This document shows positions 44,246-53,899 of a stretch of 64,000 nt of DNA, one piece after another (within the stretch, counting starts at the first letter, position 1; every line of letters starts with the position of its first letter). The position numbers and the translations under genes are program-made. The notes under the pieces were generated by a model, which worked only from the letters and a program-made list of their open reading frames with translations, did no database searches and was not told the DNA's origin. The DNA comes from an uncultured Tepidisphaeraceae bacterium. Its GTDB lineage: Bacteria; Planctomycetota; Phycisphaerae; Tepidisphaerales; Tepidisphaeraceae. The stretch is from contig CAZXLA010000001.1 of NCBI GenBank assembly GCA_964641895.1, forward strand, positions 18,842-82,841, given 5' to 3'.

Positions 44246-45880
44246 CGAGCCGTCGGCCGGCAGCGTCGTGGGCTGCGTGGTGATCGGGCGGCCCGGCCCG
44301 CGGCTTTTGGTCACGCCTTGTCGGAGCTTCAATGGCTCCAAGCTGCGGTCGCGCTTCCATAGGATATACGTGTCGGGGTCGAATCCTGAATCGAACACCG
44401 GTACGTATCCCAGCCGTTCGAGATCGACCTTCTCCAGCAGTTCGGTAAACGGCGAGCCGACCCAAATGAGCCAGTCGGCCGAGTGCATCTCTTGCTGCAT
44501 GATGTTTGGAATATAGCGGTACTGAATCGACTCGACCTCGACGGTGTAGGTGCGGTTGAGCGTGCCCTTTGCCGCCAGCGGGATGGTGGGGTCTTCCGGG
44601 CATACGACAACGCCGGGCAGTTGTTTGGCAATCTGAATCGCCTGCGCGTAATTGCGGTGGCCGTGCACCGAACGAACCATGAATTCGTAGCCGCGCGGCA
44701 GTCCGATGGCCGACGTGAGCATCGCAACCGGCGCGATAACGCCGATCGCCATCCGCCGCATGGGAATGGAAAGTTTACATTCGTTGATGAGCCAGGTGAG
44801 CGTTGCCGCGGAGAAAATGGCGCCCGGCAGCCACGCAGGGATGTAACTGTTGAAGCTGCCGCCGGTCTTGGCGAAGAACAGCGCGCCGCCGACGATTCCC
44901 AAGCCCGCCGCGGCCAGCAGCCAGACCATCATGCGCGGGCGCGGCATTTCCGGTCGCACCAGCCAGATGGCAATGCAAAATACAAACAGGGGATCGTAGG
45001 TGATTGCGTTCGCCATCGCATCCCACACGCGCGGCCAGCGGATCGGCCAGTAGCTGGGCATTCGAATGGTGTAATGAAACACGGTCCAAGCGAAGATCAT
45101 CATGCCGGCCACGGTGAGCGCGATGGCAGCGGCGGGAACAAGCGTCATCAGCCACTCACGCATCGGCTTCTTGCCGCTGGATATCAACAACACCACGAAC
45201 GGCACGCATGCGTAGATCGCAACCGTTTGTTTGAACAGGAAGCCGAGCAAAAGTAGAACGGTTCCAGCGAAGTACCACCACCATCGCCGAGACTGATGCG
45301 CCAAAAAGTAAGCAATGAGCGCCAGCGAAGCAAAGAGCCACGCGAGCATGTCCGGCCGGGCATCGGTGAAAAACAATCGCGAGCGCCAGTGGATCGCCAT
45401 GACAGCGGTCACCGTCACCAGAATCCCGATCGCCGACTTTCGCGGTTGCATCCAGACGGCCAGGCCAATCAACGCCGCGCTCGCCAGCAATGACAACACG
45501 CGGGCAAAATAGGGCCACGGGCCGAACAACTTTGAAAGCGGACCGAGGACGAACGGCAGCGCCGGCCCGTACATGACGGCGGCGGGGCCTTCAACCCCGA
45601 TTCCGCTCTTGGGGTCGCCGGGATAATTGTAAACATCGCCCCCTCGCGCCACCGTTTCGCCGGCAATCACGTAAGCCGATTCCCACGGCGTGAGCGGGCT
45701 GGGCCAAGTTAAGCGATAAATTATCGACCAAAGATTCGCCCCCAGCACAAACACCGCCACGGCAACCAGCGGAACCGCACTCCACCGCCGATTGGAAGTC
45801 CGCTCCGTCACAGCTTCCATGGTCAAAGCTCCCCGCCCGATATCTGCTGTAGTGCTCAACGTGCGCTCAATGGTATCCAC
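44234..45880 (-). CDS. polytopic membrane glycosyltransferase-like protein (GT39/ArnT-like fold)
   Basis: About 12 predicted TM segments followed by a soluble tail of about 150 aa. The general architecture resembles PMT_2/ArnT proteins; no sharp motif was verified. Confidence 0.5.
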   Translation of the reverse strand: MDTIERTLSTTADIGRGALTMEAVTERTSNRRWSAVPLVAVAVFVLGANLWSIIYRLTWPSPLTPWESAYVIAGETVARGGDVYNYPGDPKSGIGVEGPAAVMYGPALPFVLGPLSKLFGPWPYFARVLSLLASAALIGLAVWMQPRKSAIGILVTVTAVMAIHWRSRLFFTDARPDMLAWLFASLALIAYFLAHQSRRWWWYFAGTVLLLLGFLFKQTVAIYACVPFVVLLISSGKKPMREWLMTLVPAAAIALTVAGMMIFAWTVFHYTIRMPSYWPIRWPRVWDAMANAITYDPLFVFCIAIWLVRPEMPRPRMMVWLLAAAGLGIVGGALFFAKTGGSFNSYIPAWLPGAIFSAATLTWLINECKLSIPMRRMAIGVIAPVAMLTSAIGLPRGYEFMVRSVHGHRNYAQAIQIAKQLPGVVVCPEDPTIPLAAKGTLNRTYTVEVESIQYRYIPNIMQQEMHSADWLIWVGSPFTELLEKVDLERLGYVPVFDSGFDPDTYILWKRDRSLEPLKLRQGVTKSRGPGRPITTQPTTLPADGSSPF

Positions 45881-46260
45881 CTCCGGGAAATTATTTCACC
45901 CCCGCACCCTTCCACTCTGCCGAGTGTCTAACGCATCGTTTTGGCGATGGTTCATCTTCCGCGGCAAATCGCGTTGATAAAATTCAATTTCAACACGAAG
46001 AACCGAAGAATGTTTGCTAACGATCGCATCACTCGATTTTTGAGTTGCATTTGCGAACTTCGACATCAATCGATACTGGACGACAGCGATTGTACTTTTT
46101 GAGGGCAATGCTTCGCTACCGAAGCTCTTGCCGGGCTGCGGATGCACCCGAGAATGGCCTTGGCATTTACGCAAAAAGGTTTCACGCGGGTGGCGGTTGA
46201 CCGGAAATCTGCAGCCTTTTATTTGGCGGTTCGCCGCGCGCGCGACTATTGTTGCATCTG

Positions 46261-47040
46261 ATGTCCAGCAAGATTTATCATCGCGAGCAGGGCGGCGGAA
46301 CGCCGTTGGTGCTCGTTCACGGGTTTCCGCTCGACGGGCGGATTTTTGATGACCAACTCGCCGGCCTTTCGTCGCGATACCGCGTGATTGTTCCCGACCT
46401 CCCGGGTTTCGGTTCGTCGCGGCCAGTTGATGTTGCGAACATGACGATGCAATCGTTGGCCGGGCAACTGCATGCTTTTTTGAAGTCCATCAATGCTCTG
46501 CCGTGCGTGCTGGGCGGGTTATCCATGGGCGGGTATGTCGCGCTTCCGTTCGTGCGATCGTTCCCGGCTGATGTGGTGGCCCTCCTGCTCATCGACACGC
46601 GCAGCGATGCCGACAATGACGAAGGCAGAACCAATCGCGATAGAATGATCGAGGCCGCCCAAGCCCGCGGCATGGGCGCGGTGGTTGAAATGATGTTCGG
46701 CAAGATGCTCGCCCAGAGCACGGTTCACCAGCGGCCGGATATCGCGAAAAAGCTGAAACAGATCATGGAATCGCAATCGGTCGAAACCGTTTGCGCCGCA
46801 TTGAAAGCGATGCGCGACCGAGAAGAATTCACGCCCATTTTGCCGACGATTCGCACGCCCACGGTGGTAATGGTAGGCGAGCATGATGCCATCACTCCGC
46901 CGGCGGGCGCGGAAAAGATGCGGTCGGCCTTGCCGCGGTCATGGATGGCGACGATTGAGGGCGCCGGGCATGTTTGCACCATGGAGCAGCCGGCGAAGGT
47001 CAACGCAGCGATCATGAGAGTGCTGGACGAAATAAAGTGA
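46261..47040 (+). CDS. alpha/beta-fold hydrolase
   Basis: LVLVHGFPLDGRIF (oxyanion region), nucleophile elbow GLSMGG and a C-terminal GH. ATG at 46261 is preferred over TTG at 46249. Confidence 0.85.
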   Translation: MSSKIYHREQGGGTPLVLVHGFPLDGRIFDDQLAGLSSRYRVIVPDLPGFGSSRPVDVANMTMQSLAGQLHAFLKSINALPCVLGGLSMGGYVALPFVRSFPADVVALLLIDTRSDADNDEGRTNRDRMIEAAQARGMGAVVEMMFGKMLAQSTVHQRPDIAKKLKQIMESQSVETVCAALKAMRDREEFTPILPTIRTPTVVMVGEHDAITPPAGAEKMRSALPRSWMATIEGAGHVCTMEQPAKVNAAIMRVLDEIK

Positions 47041-47109
47041 ATCGGGTGCCACCCGTTGACCTGATAGCCAAGTCGTGGCCTGCGATCTACTTAACAAGGA
47101 AACGTTTTA

Positions 47110-48441
47110 ATGAAACGCGAACGAGTCATCTGGATGTTTTGCCTCTTCGCCGTCGTGGTGGCGTCGGTGACGCTGTCGCGCGCCACGCCCGGCGGCGGTC
47201 GCGACGATGATTACGCCTTCGTCCGCACGCTGATCGACATTCAACGCCAGGTTTCGAATAACTACGTCGATGAGATCGAACCCGCCAAGCTCCGCCAGGC
47301 CGCCATCACCGGTCTGCTTGGCGAGCTGGATCCGTTCACCCTCTATGTTCCGCCGGCGCGGCAGGAGGATTTTGATCGACTGCTTGAAGGGTCGTTCAAA
47401 GGCATCGGCGTGCAGCTTAATCAGCTCGACAATGGCACCATCGAAGTCGTCACACCGGTCGACGGCAGCCCCGCTTTTAAAGCCGGCGTGATGGCGGGCG
47501 ATGTCGTGTTGAAGATCAACGGCGAAAGCGTCGAGGGCCAGCGGCTACCCGACGCGGTGAAGAAACTCGCCGGGCCGCTCGGAACCGAAATCAAGCTGCA
47601 GGTTCGCCGCGCCACCGGGGAGATATTTGACCTGCAGATGACACGTGAAGAGGTGGTCGTCCCAACCGCGCGCGGCTGGGGCCGCGCCGCCGACAACCAG
47701 TGGGATTGGTTCATCAGCAAAGACCCGAAGATTGCCTACCTCCGGCTTACCCAGTTCACGCCCGACAGCTACGACGCCGTCAAAACGTCCATCGATCAAA
47801 TGCTCAGCCAAGGCATGACCGGCCTGATCATGGACTTGCGCTTCAACCCCGGCGGGCGGCTGGATCAGGCGATCAAGATCATCGATCTGTTGGTTGATTC
47901 AGGAACAATCCTCAGCACCAAAGGCCGGTATCGCTCGGAACAAATCGTGCGCGCGACCGCCGACGTATTGCTGCCGCGGTTTCCGATGATCGTACTCATT
48001 AACGAGCATAGCGCGTCGGCCAGCGAAGTGGTCGCGGGCAGCTTGAAGGACAACAAGCGCGCGATCGTGGTGGGCACACGCAGCTACGGAAAGGGCAGCG
48101 TGCAGGAAGTCGTCCCGCTGGACCAGAACGGCGGCGAGCTGAAGATGACGGTGGCATACTATTATTTGCCCAGCGGCCGCCTGGTGCACAAGAAAAAGGA
48201 CGCAACCGACTGGGGCGTTGAACCCAATATCGAAGTGAAAATCGACGAAGACGCGCAGCTCCGGCTACAGCGCGAACGCTACGAAGCAGAACTGTTCCGC
48301 CGCCCGACCACGCGCCCGACAACGGAACCTACAACTCGGCCGTCAACGGTCGACGCACAACTGCAACGTGCGGTGGACACAATGACCGCGCTACTTGTCT
48401 TTGGCGGCGCCGCGGTTCCGACGACGCAACCTGGAAACTAA
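47110..48441 (+). CDS. S41-family carboxy-terminal processing peptidase with PDZ domain
   Basis: PDZ block GSPAFKAGVMAGDVVLKINGESV, DLRFNPGG, catalytic ASASEV and GKGSVQ. The tail is low-complexity (PTTRPTTEPTTRP). Confidence 0.9.
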   Translation: MKRERVIWMFCLFAVVVASVTLSRATPGGGRDDDYAFVRTLIDIQRQVSNNYVDEIEPAKLRQAAITGLLGELDPFTLYVPPARQEDFDRLLEGSFKGIGVQLNQLDNGTIEVVTPVDGSPAFKAGVMAGDVVLKINGESVEGQRLPDAVKKLAGPLGTEIKLQVRRATGEIFDLQMTREEVVVPTARGWGRAADNQWDWFISKDPKIAYLRLTQFTPDSYDAVKTSIDQMLSQGMTGLIMDLRFNPGGRLDQAIKIIDLLVDSGTILSTKGRYRSEQIVRATADVLLPRFPMIVLINEHSASASEVVAGSLKDNKRAIVVGTRSYGKGSVQEVVPLDQNGGELKMTVAYYYLPSGRLVHKKKDATDWGVEPNIEVKIDEDAQLRLQRERYEAELFRRPTTRPTTEPTTRPSTVDAQLQRAVDTMTALLVFGGAAVPTTQPGN

Positions 48442-48495
48442 CGATTGACGATTGAACCTGACAACCATTAATCGTTCATCATCAATCGTTACGAC
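48439..48495. repeat. ACGATTG-family array hairpin (second copy)
   Basis: TAACGATTGACGATTGA...AATCGTTCATCATCAATCGTTACGAC has the same termini as 13008-13100 and starts in the S41 stop codon. Confidence 0.85.
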
Positions 48496-48542
48496 AGCGG
48501 CGATAGTACGCCGATGTGTTTTGAATCACCACTGGGCAACAT

Positions 48543-49667
48543 TTGCTAATATTAGGCCTTGAATCCACCTGTGACGAGACCGCCGCCGCCTTGGTCGAAG
48601 ACGGTGTGCGCGTGTTGTCGAACGCGATCGCCACGCAGTTCGAACTGCACGAAAAGTTTCGTGGCGTTGTGCCGGAAATCGCGTCGCGCGCTCACATTGA
48701 GAACATTCTGCCGGTGATCAAGGAAGCAACCGAATCGGCCGGCGTCACACTCGATCAGATCGACGCCATTGCCGTTGCTCAGCGGCCGGGATTGATCGGC
48801 TCACTGCTCATCGGCGTGACGGCGGCGAAGACGCTGGCTTGGGCACTGGGCAAGCCGCTTGTCGCGGTCGATCATGTCCAGGCGCATTTGTATTCGGTGA
48901 TGCTGCAGGACTCTCCCCCTCCATGTACTCAGGGAGGGGGCTGGGGGGAGGGCTCTTCGTCCGGCGCGCAACCTACAGCTTTCGCCAACACGCCCTCCCC
49001 CCAACCCCCTCCCGGATTACCAGGAGGGGGAGTAAGAGGAATCGGCCTTGTTTGTTCTGGCGGGCATACCGCGCTTTATCTCATTCGCAATTGGCTGGAT
49101 GTCGAGCTTGTCGGCAGCACGATCGACGACGCGGTCGGCGAAGCGTATGACAAAGTGGCCGCGATGCTCGGCCTGCCATTTCCCGGCGGGCCGGCGGTGG
49201 ATCGTATCGCCGCGGCCGGCGATCCGAAGGCGCTCGCTTTGCCGCGCTCGATGCTTGGCCGCGATTCGCTCGACTTTTCGTTCAGCGGGCTGAAAACGGC
49301 AGTGCGCTATCGGGTGTTCGGGTATCAAGGCAAAGAGCGATCGCTGGCAGATTTAAGCCGACAGGAGATCGCCAATGTCGCCGCCAGCTTTCAGGCCGCG
49401 TGTGTGGAAACGCTGATCAAAAAAATCGTTCGCGCGGTGCAGCAGTTTGATGCAGGTTACGTAATCGTCGGCGGCGGGGTTTCGGCCAACAGCGGGCTGC
49501 GCGCGGCGCTGAACCAACTAAACGTGCCCGTGTTTGTTCCACCGATGAAATTTTGCACTGACAACGCCGCCATGATCGCCGGCCTCGGCCAAGTATTGCT
49601 CGCCGCGGGGCAGACGGCGTCGCTGGATTTGGATGCGGTCACCAGCAGTTCGATCCCACGGCGATAA
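48543..49667 (+). CDS. tsaD: tRNA N6-adenosine threonylcarbamoyltransferase
   Basis: ILGLESTCDET, VDHVQAHL (the HxxxH metal site), SGGHT, DDAVGEAYDKVA and GGVSAN. At 374 aa it is about 35-40 aa longer than typical because of an insert after the HxxxH motif. TTG start. Confidence 0.93.
   Translation: MLILGLESTCDETAAALVEDGVRVLSNAIATQFELHEKFRGVVPEIASRAHIENILPVIKEATESAGVTLDQIDAIAVAQRPGLIGSLLIGVTAAKTLAWALGKPLVAVDHVQAHLYSVMLQDSPPPCTQGGGWGEGSSSGAQPTAFANTPSPQPPPGLPGGGVRGIGLVCSGGHTALYLIRNWLDVELVGSTIDDAVGEAYDKVAAMLGLPFPGGPAVDRIAAAGDPKALALPRSMLGRDSLDFSFSGLKTAVRYRVFGYQGKERSLADLSRQEIANVAASFQAACVETLIKKIVRAVQQFDAGYVIVGGGVSANSGLRAALNQLNVPVFVPPMKFCTDNAAMIAGLGQVLLAAGQTASLDLDAVTSSSIPRR
48911..49033. repeat. 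nested G/C palindromic element translated in frame inside tsaD
   Basis: Hairpin CCCCCTCC-10 nt-GGAGGGGG at 48915-48940. Long-range pair GGGGGGAGGGC (48943-53) with GCCCTCCCCCC (48992-49002). Second hairpin CCCCCTCC-10 nt-GGAGGGGG at 49005-49030. The first hairpin is also present at 10298-10328. Confidence 0.85.
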
Positions 49668-49786
49668 TCGCCGATCGCTATTTGCTTTGTGATCGCTGCG
49701 TGCGGTCAAATAAGAGTCGGCACCACATGGCAAAAAAAAGTCAACGTTCAACTTCTGACCCTCAACTTTCAACTTTCAAGAGCCGG

Positions 49787-50638
49787 ATGTTGATCGAGCG
49801 CGTCTATGTGCCACCGACATTGCCCCGGAGGCCGGACGAAGGGCATAAAGGCCTGTTCGGCCGGGTTCTGGTGGTGGGTGGGAACCAAGAAATGTTCGGT
49901 GCCGCCGTCCTCGCCGCCACGGCCGCGCTGCGCGCCGGCAGTGGCTTAGTGCAGATTGCCGTGCCCGAGCGAGTATTGCCGTTCGCAATTTGCATCACGC
50001 CCGAACTGATCGGGTTAGCACTATCGCAAAAATCCGAAAAATCTTTCCACGCAGCGACGGAAGTCGCTGATTGCCTGGTCATTGGGCCCGGAATGGGCCG
50101 ATCAACTCTGTCGCGCAAACGCCTGTTGCGCGTGATCGAACAAGGTAAACCAACCGTCATCGACGCCGATGGCCTGAATATTCTTTCGCAGCAGGTCAAG
50201 CTGCCGAAGAAGCTCGCGCACGCCTTACTCACGCCGCACCCGGGCGAGATGCTGCGGCTGTGCAAACGACTCGGCGTAAAACAAATTCCCACCGACGACC
50301 GCGGGCGGCTTGCTCTCGCCACGAACGCCGCCCGCGCTTTCGGCACCACGATTCTTCTCAAAGGGCATCGCAGCATCATCACCGACGGCCGTCGGGCTTA
50401 CGTCAACCGCACGGGCAATTCCGCGCTCTCCAAAGCCGGCAGCGGCGATGTGCTTTCGGGCGTCATCGGCTCACTCATCGGCCAAGGGATGAATGTCTTC
50501 GACGCCGCGTGCGCGGGCGCATGGATCCACGGCAAGGCAGGTGAGCTTGCCGGCGAGCGACGTGGCAGCCGATCGGCGCTGGCGCGCGATGTGATCGATG
50601 CAATTGGCGATGCGATTTACACCTATCCGAATCTGTAG
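49787..50638 (+). CDS. nnrD: ADP-dependent NAD(P)H-hydrate dehydratase (YjeF C-terminal type)
   Basis: HKGLFGRVLVVGG, GPGMG, LTPHPGE, ILLKG and GSGDVLSG are the carbohydrate-kinase-like NnrD signature. ATG at 49787 is preferred. Confidence 0.88.
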   Translation: MLIERVYVPPTLPRRPDEGHKGLFGRVLVVGGNQEMFGAAVLAATAALRAGSGLVQIAVPERVLPFAICITPELIGLALSQKSEKSFHAATEVADCLVIGPGMGRSTLSRKRLLRVIEQGKPTVIDADGLNILSQQVKLPKKLAHALLTPHPGEMLRLCKRLGVKQIPTDDRGRLALATNAARAFGTTILLKGHRSIITDGRRAYVNRTGNSALSKAGSGDVLSGVIGSLIGQGMNVFDAACAGAWIHGKAGELAGERRGSRSALARDVIDAIGDAIYTYPNL

Positions 50639-50657
50639 GGCGCGTCCGACGAAATGA

Positions 50658-50689
50658 ATCAGCAGCTACGCGGCTGCAGAGCTGCTGAT
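50658..50689. terminator. hairpin between convergent genes (possible bidirectional terminator)
   Basis: ATCAGCAGCT-12 nt-AGCTGCTGAT, a 10-bp stem with no clear U-tract. Confidence 0.4.
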
Positions 50690-50729
50690 CAATACATTAA
50701 GCCCAACGTTTGCCCGCCTACTTCCCCAA

Positions 50730-51461
50730 CTACTTCATCGCCATGTAGGTCACTATGACGAGCGACAGAATCGTCGCGATCGAAAGCACCACGCTGGCGA
50801 AAAAGATCAGGTTAAAGCGGTGGTTCTGCTTTTCAAGAATCTGGTTGATCATCTCGTCGCGTTGACTCAACCCGCTTTGAACCTGTTGCAGCACGGTCGC
50901 GCTGGTGGCCGAATGCTCGCCGAGCGATTGCATGGCGGTGCCCACGCTGCTGAGGTTGTTGCTGATGCTGGCATCAGTCTGGCGCAGGGAATCGAGTTGG
51001 TCGTTGAGCGAATTGATCAGTTGCTTCTGTTCGCCGGACGTATCGCAAATTCGGTTGAGTACATGGCCGAGCGTGCTTTGAGCGTCGTTCTGCTGGGCGA
51101 GTTGAGTGTAGATCGTCTTCAGCGCCTCGGCTTGCGTGCGGTTGGATTCGGGGATTGATTCAATGATCTGCGGCAACTGCGAAAGCACGCGCATCAGTTC
51201 TTCCTGACGCAGGTTCTGCTTTTCCAGGTTATCGCGGATGCCGCTCATCAATTGCGTCAGCGTGACAAACCCTTCACTGAGGTTTTGCAGTGCGTTGTCG
51301 CGTTTGGCCCACGGGCGGAAGCGGCTTTGCTTCGCCTCCACCAGTTGCGTCTGCGATTGCCGCCCACCGAAATCGGCGGTGAGGCCGTTTTCGTCCAGGC
51401 GGGTTTTTTTGCCGAAGAGTGATGTCAATCGGCTAATGAACTTGGTCGTCTGTTCGCCCAT
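50730..51461 (-). CDS. hypothetical coiled-coil protein with C-terminal transmembrane anchor
   Basis: 243-aa ORF rich in Q/L/S heptad-like sequence. It ends with the hydrophobic LIFFASVVLSIATILSLVIVTYM. No family recognised. Confidence 0.6.
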   Translation of the reverse strand: MGEQTTKFISRLTSLFGKKTRLDENGLTADFGGRQSQTQLVEAKQSRFRPWAKRDNALQNLSEGFVTLTQLMSGIRDNLEKQNLRQEELMRVLSQLPQIIESIPESNRTQAEALKTIYTQLAQQNDAQSTLGHVLNRICDTSGEQKQLINSLNDQLDSLRQTDASISNNLSSVGTAMQSLGEHSATSATVLQQVQSGLSQRDEMINQILEKQNHRFNLIFFASVVLSIATILSLVIVTYMAMK

Positions 51462-51562
51462 GTGCGCCTCCGTGCGAGTTGGAAAGCCGTGCTCGTTTAC
51501 GCCGCGGGCATCAACCCACGACTTTTGACACGCTATGCCGCCAACTCTAGCATCCGCCGCCG

Positions 51563-52849
51563 ATGATTCAACGGCGATGGCTCGCTTGTTCGATGTTGAT
51601 TTTTAACCTGGCGATCGCCGCAAGCTGCGACCGCACGCCTGCCAATGTGCCTGCACTCTTATCAACCCGCAAGCCGACCGTCGCCTCGCTCTCGCCGGCC
51701 GCGACGGATTTGATCGTGGCGATGGGACTGGGCGATCACCTGATCGCCGTAAGCAATTATGAGCCACCCCGGAAAACCACAGATTTGCTCCCGCGCGTGG
51801 GTGATTATCGCACTGCCGACTGGGAAAAAATTGCCCAACTCCGGCCCGACGTCATTATCACGCAATACCACCCCGACAAAATGCCCGACGGTTTCGCCGA
51901 CCGCGCCGCGCGGCTGAACATCCGCGTGTTTAATCGCAAGATCGATTCGCTTGACGATACGTTTAACACGATCACCGAACTCGGAACCGAACTAAACGCC
52001 CCCCACGCCGCAGCGGAAGCCGCGGATCGATGGCGCAAAACCATGGACCGCGTGAAGCGCACCTCCGCAGCCAACCCGCGTGTGAAGACGCTGCTCATCG
52101 TCGGCGAGAGCGGCCTGAGCGCCGTCGGCCCGAAAACATTCCTCAGCGACCTTCTGGAAATCGCCGGCGGACGCAATGCGCTGGTCGACGGCGGCGATTA
52201 TCCCAACCTCGACCGCGAAAAGCTTGCCGCCGTGAATCCCGATGTCATCATCCAACTGCTTCCCGGCGCGTCGCCGCAAACCATCGAGCAGGCCGAAGCA
52301 TTCTGGAGAACAATGCCCGACGTGGCAGCCGTAAAAGGTGGAGCGATTTATCAGATGACCGACCCCGACGTGCTTCTTCCCGGCTTCAATGTCACCCGTA
52401 CCGCTGAGCGCTTCGCCGAGATTCTTAACGGGTTGCCGAAGCCTGCTACGCAACGCTCGCCGCGGCCACGGAAGCGATTCGTCATGCGGCTGCGCAGTAA
52501 ACGAGAGGATCGCCGCCGCCGCCATGTTGCGAACGTCCCCAGCCGTGAAGCGGCGAAAGACAGTAGCTTGGGGCGTAAGCCCCAAGACAAGTTGCCCGAG
52601 CAACAAGCCCCGAAGCGGCGAAAGAACCGTCGTCATGATCGGTCGCGAATCGTTAACGTTTGGCATTGTGTCTCGTTCGTTCTATCGCCCCTTCGGGGCT
52701 TGACGTGGTGTTCGATCCCCCTGGGGCTTGCGCCCCAGGCTATTTTCTGTCGCCGCCTCGTGGCTGCGGATCGCGTTACGTGCATTGCTCGACGCGAACG
52801 TTTTCCCGCGTTGCTCATCGATCAACCCATCCTGCGAGGCGTGCATTGA
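51563..52849 (+). CDS. ABC transporter periplasmic binding lipoprotein (iron-siderophore/cobalamin, BtuF/FhuD-like) with aberrant Arg-rich C-terminal extension
   Basis: Lipobox LAIAASC. VASLSPAATDLIVAMGLGDHLIAVS and RPDVIIT are typical of the PBP type-2 family over about 295 aa. The last 125 aa or so are encoded by a palindromic repeat and flanking sequence. Confidence 0.75.
   Translation: MIQRRWLACSMLIFNLAIAASCDRTPANVPALLSTRKPTVASLSPAATDLIVAMGLGDHLIAVSNYEPPRKTTDLLPRVGDYRTADWEKIAQLRPDVIITQYHPDKMPDGFADRAARLNIRVFNRKIDSLDDTFNTITELGTELNAPHAAAEAADRWRKTMDRVKRTSAANPRVKTLLIVGESGLSAVGPKTFLSDLLEIAGGRNALVDGGDYPNLDREKLAAVNPDVIIQLLPGASPQTIEQAEAFWRTMPDVAAVKGGAIYQMTDPDVLLPGFNVTRTAERFAEILNGLPKPATQRSPRPRKRFVMRLRSKREDRRRRHVANVPSREAAKDSSLGRKPQDKLPEQQAPKRRKNRRHDRSRIVNVWHCVSFVLSPLRGLTWCSIPLGLAPQAIFCRRLVAADRVTCIARRERFPALLIDQPILRGVH
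52547..52759. repeat. 213-bp nested palindromic element at the binding-protein/permease junction
   Basis: Outer arms 52547-52587 and 52718-52759 (GAAGCGGCGAAAGACAGTAGCTTGGGGCGTAAGCCCCAAG versus the reverse complement GAGGCGGCGACAGAAAATAGCCTGGGGCGCAAGCCCCAGG). Inner arms 52604-52625 and 52681-52702. Confidence 0.85.
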
Positions 52850-53838
52850 ACCGCTACGGCCCGGCACAATTCACCGTGACGCTGGCCATCTGTGTGCTTC
52901 TCTGGGCGATCGTCGCGACGGCGTGCATGCTTGTCGGGTCAACCGGATCGGTCGGTTGGCCCGAACGTGCGCTGCTTCCCTTTCGACTCGAACCCGTGCT
53001 CTTAGCGTCGCTCGTCGGCGCGGCGCTGGCGGTGGCGGGGGTCACGTTTCAGGCACTGCTGGGCAACCCGTTGGCCGACCCGTATCTGCTTGGCACCAGC
53101 AGCGGGGCGATGCTCGCGTCTTATGTGTGGACGCTGCCGGCGTTCAGCACGATCGCGGGTGTGTTTCCGGTCGGGCAGCAAGCCATGGCGTTCATGGGCG
53201 CGCTGGCGGCGGTCGCAGCGGTGCTGGCGATCGCGGGGCGGCGCGGGCGGTTGGAGCCGACGACCCTTATTCTCGTGGGCGTGATCGTCAACGCGACCTG
53301 CGCCGCCGTCTTTTTGCTCATCAACGCGATTGTGAAAGACGCCGCGACGCCCGGCGGGCCCATCGGTTTTCTCGTCGGCGGGCTTCAAACCAATCTTGAA
53401 CCGTGGCAGATCTGGACTTCGAGAGTCGTCATCGCAATTGGTTTCCTCGGCCTTGCACTCATCGGCGGGATGCTCAACGCCGGCGCGATGAACAATGCTG
53501 AAGCGCTGGCGCTGGGCGTGCGCATCAACCGACTTCGGTGGATTGGAATTATCGTTGCAAGCCTGGTTACCGCATCGGCGGTCGCGGTGAGCGGGCCGAT
53601 TGGGTTCGTGGGTTTGATTTGCCCGCATCTGGGCCGGCTCATCATCGGTGGCGACGTGCGCCGGCTGCTGCCGGTCGCGACGATGCTGGGCGCGGTCATG
53701 CTCTGCCTGGCCGACGCCAGTGCGCGCAAGCTCAGTTCGTTCGGGCCGATCGGAACGTATTTACCCGTCGGCGTGATTACGAGCTTGCTCGGCGGGCCGT
53801 TCTTTCTCGTGCTCCTGCTTACGCGACGTCGGAGTTAA
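52846..53838 (+). CDS. FecCD-family ABC transporter permease
   Basis: About 330 aa from TTG 52846, which overlaps the upstream stop as TTGA. Has the typical FecCD pattern (LADPYLLGTSSGA, GPIGFVGLICPHLGR, LLGGPFFL). The ORF-track start at 52660 lies inside the repeat. Confidence 0.85.
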   Translation: MNRYGPAQFTVTLAICVLLWAIVATACMLVGSTGSVGWPERALLPFRLEPVLLASLVGAALAVAGVTFQALLGNPLADPYLLGTSSGAMLASYVWTLPAFSTIAGVFPVGQQAMAFMGALAAVAAVLAIAGRRGRLEPTTLILVGVIVNATCAAVFLLINAIVKDAATPGGPIGFLVGGLQTNLEPWQIWTSRVVIAIGFLGLALIGGMLNAGAMNNAEALALGVRINRLRWIGIIVASLVTASAVAVSGPIGFVGLICPHLGRLIIGGDVRRLLPVATMLGAVMLCLADASARKLSSFGPIGTYLPVGVITSLLGGPFFLVLLLTRRRS

Positions 53839-53899
53839 TGCTGATGATGTTCCATAGATTTGGCAATCTCACCGACGCCATCAGCTATTCGACGCACGC

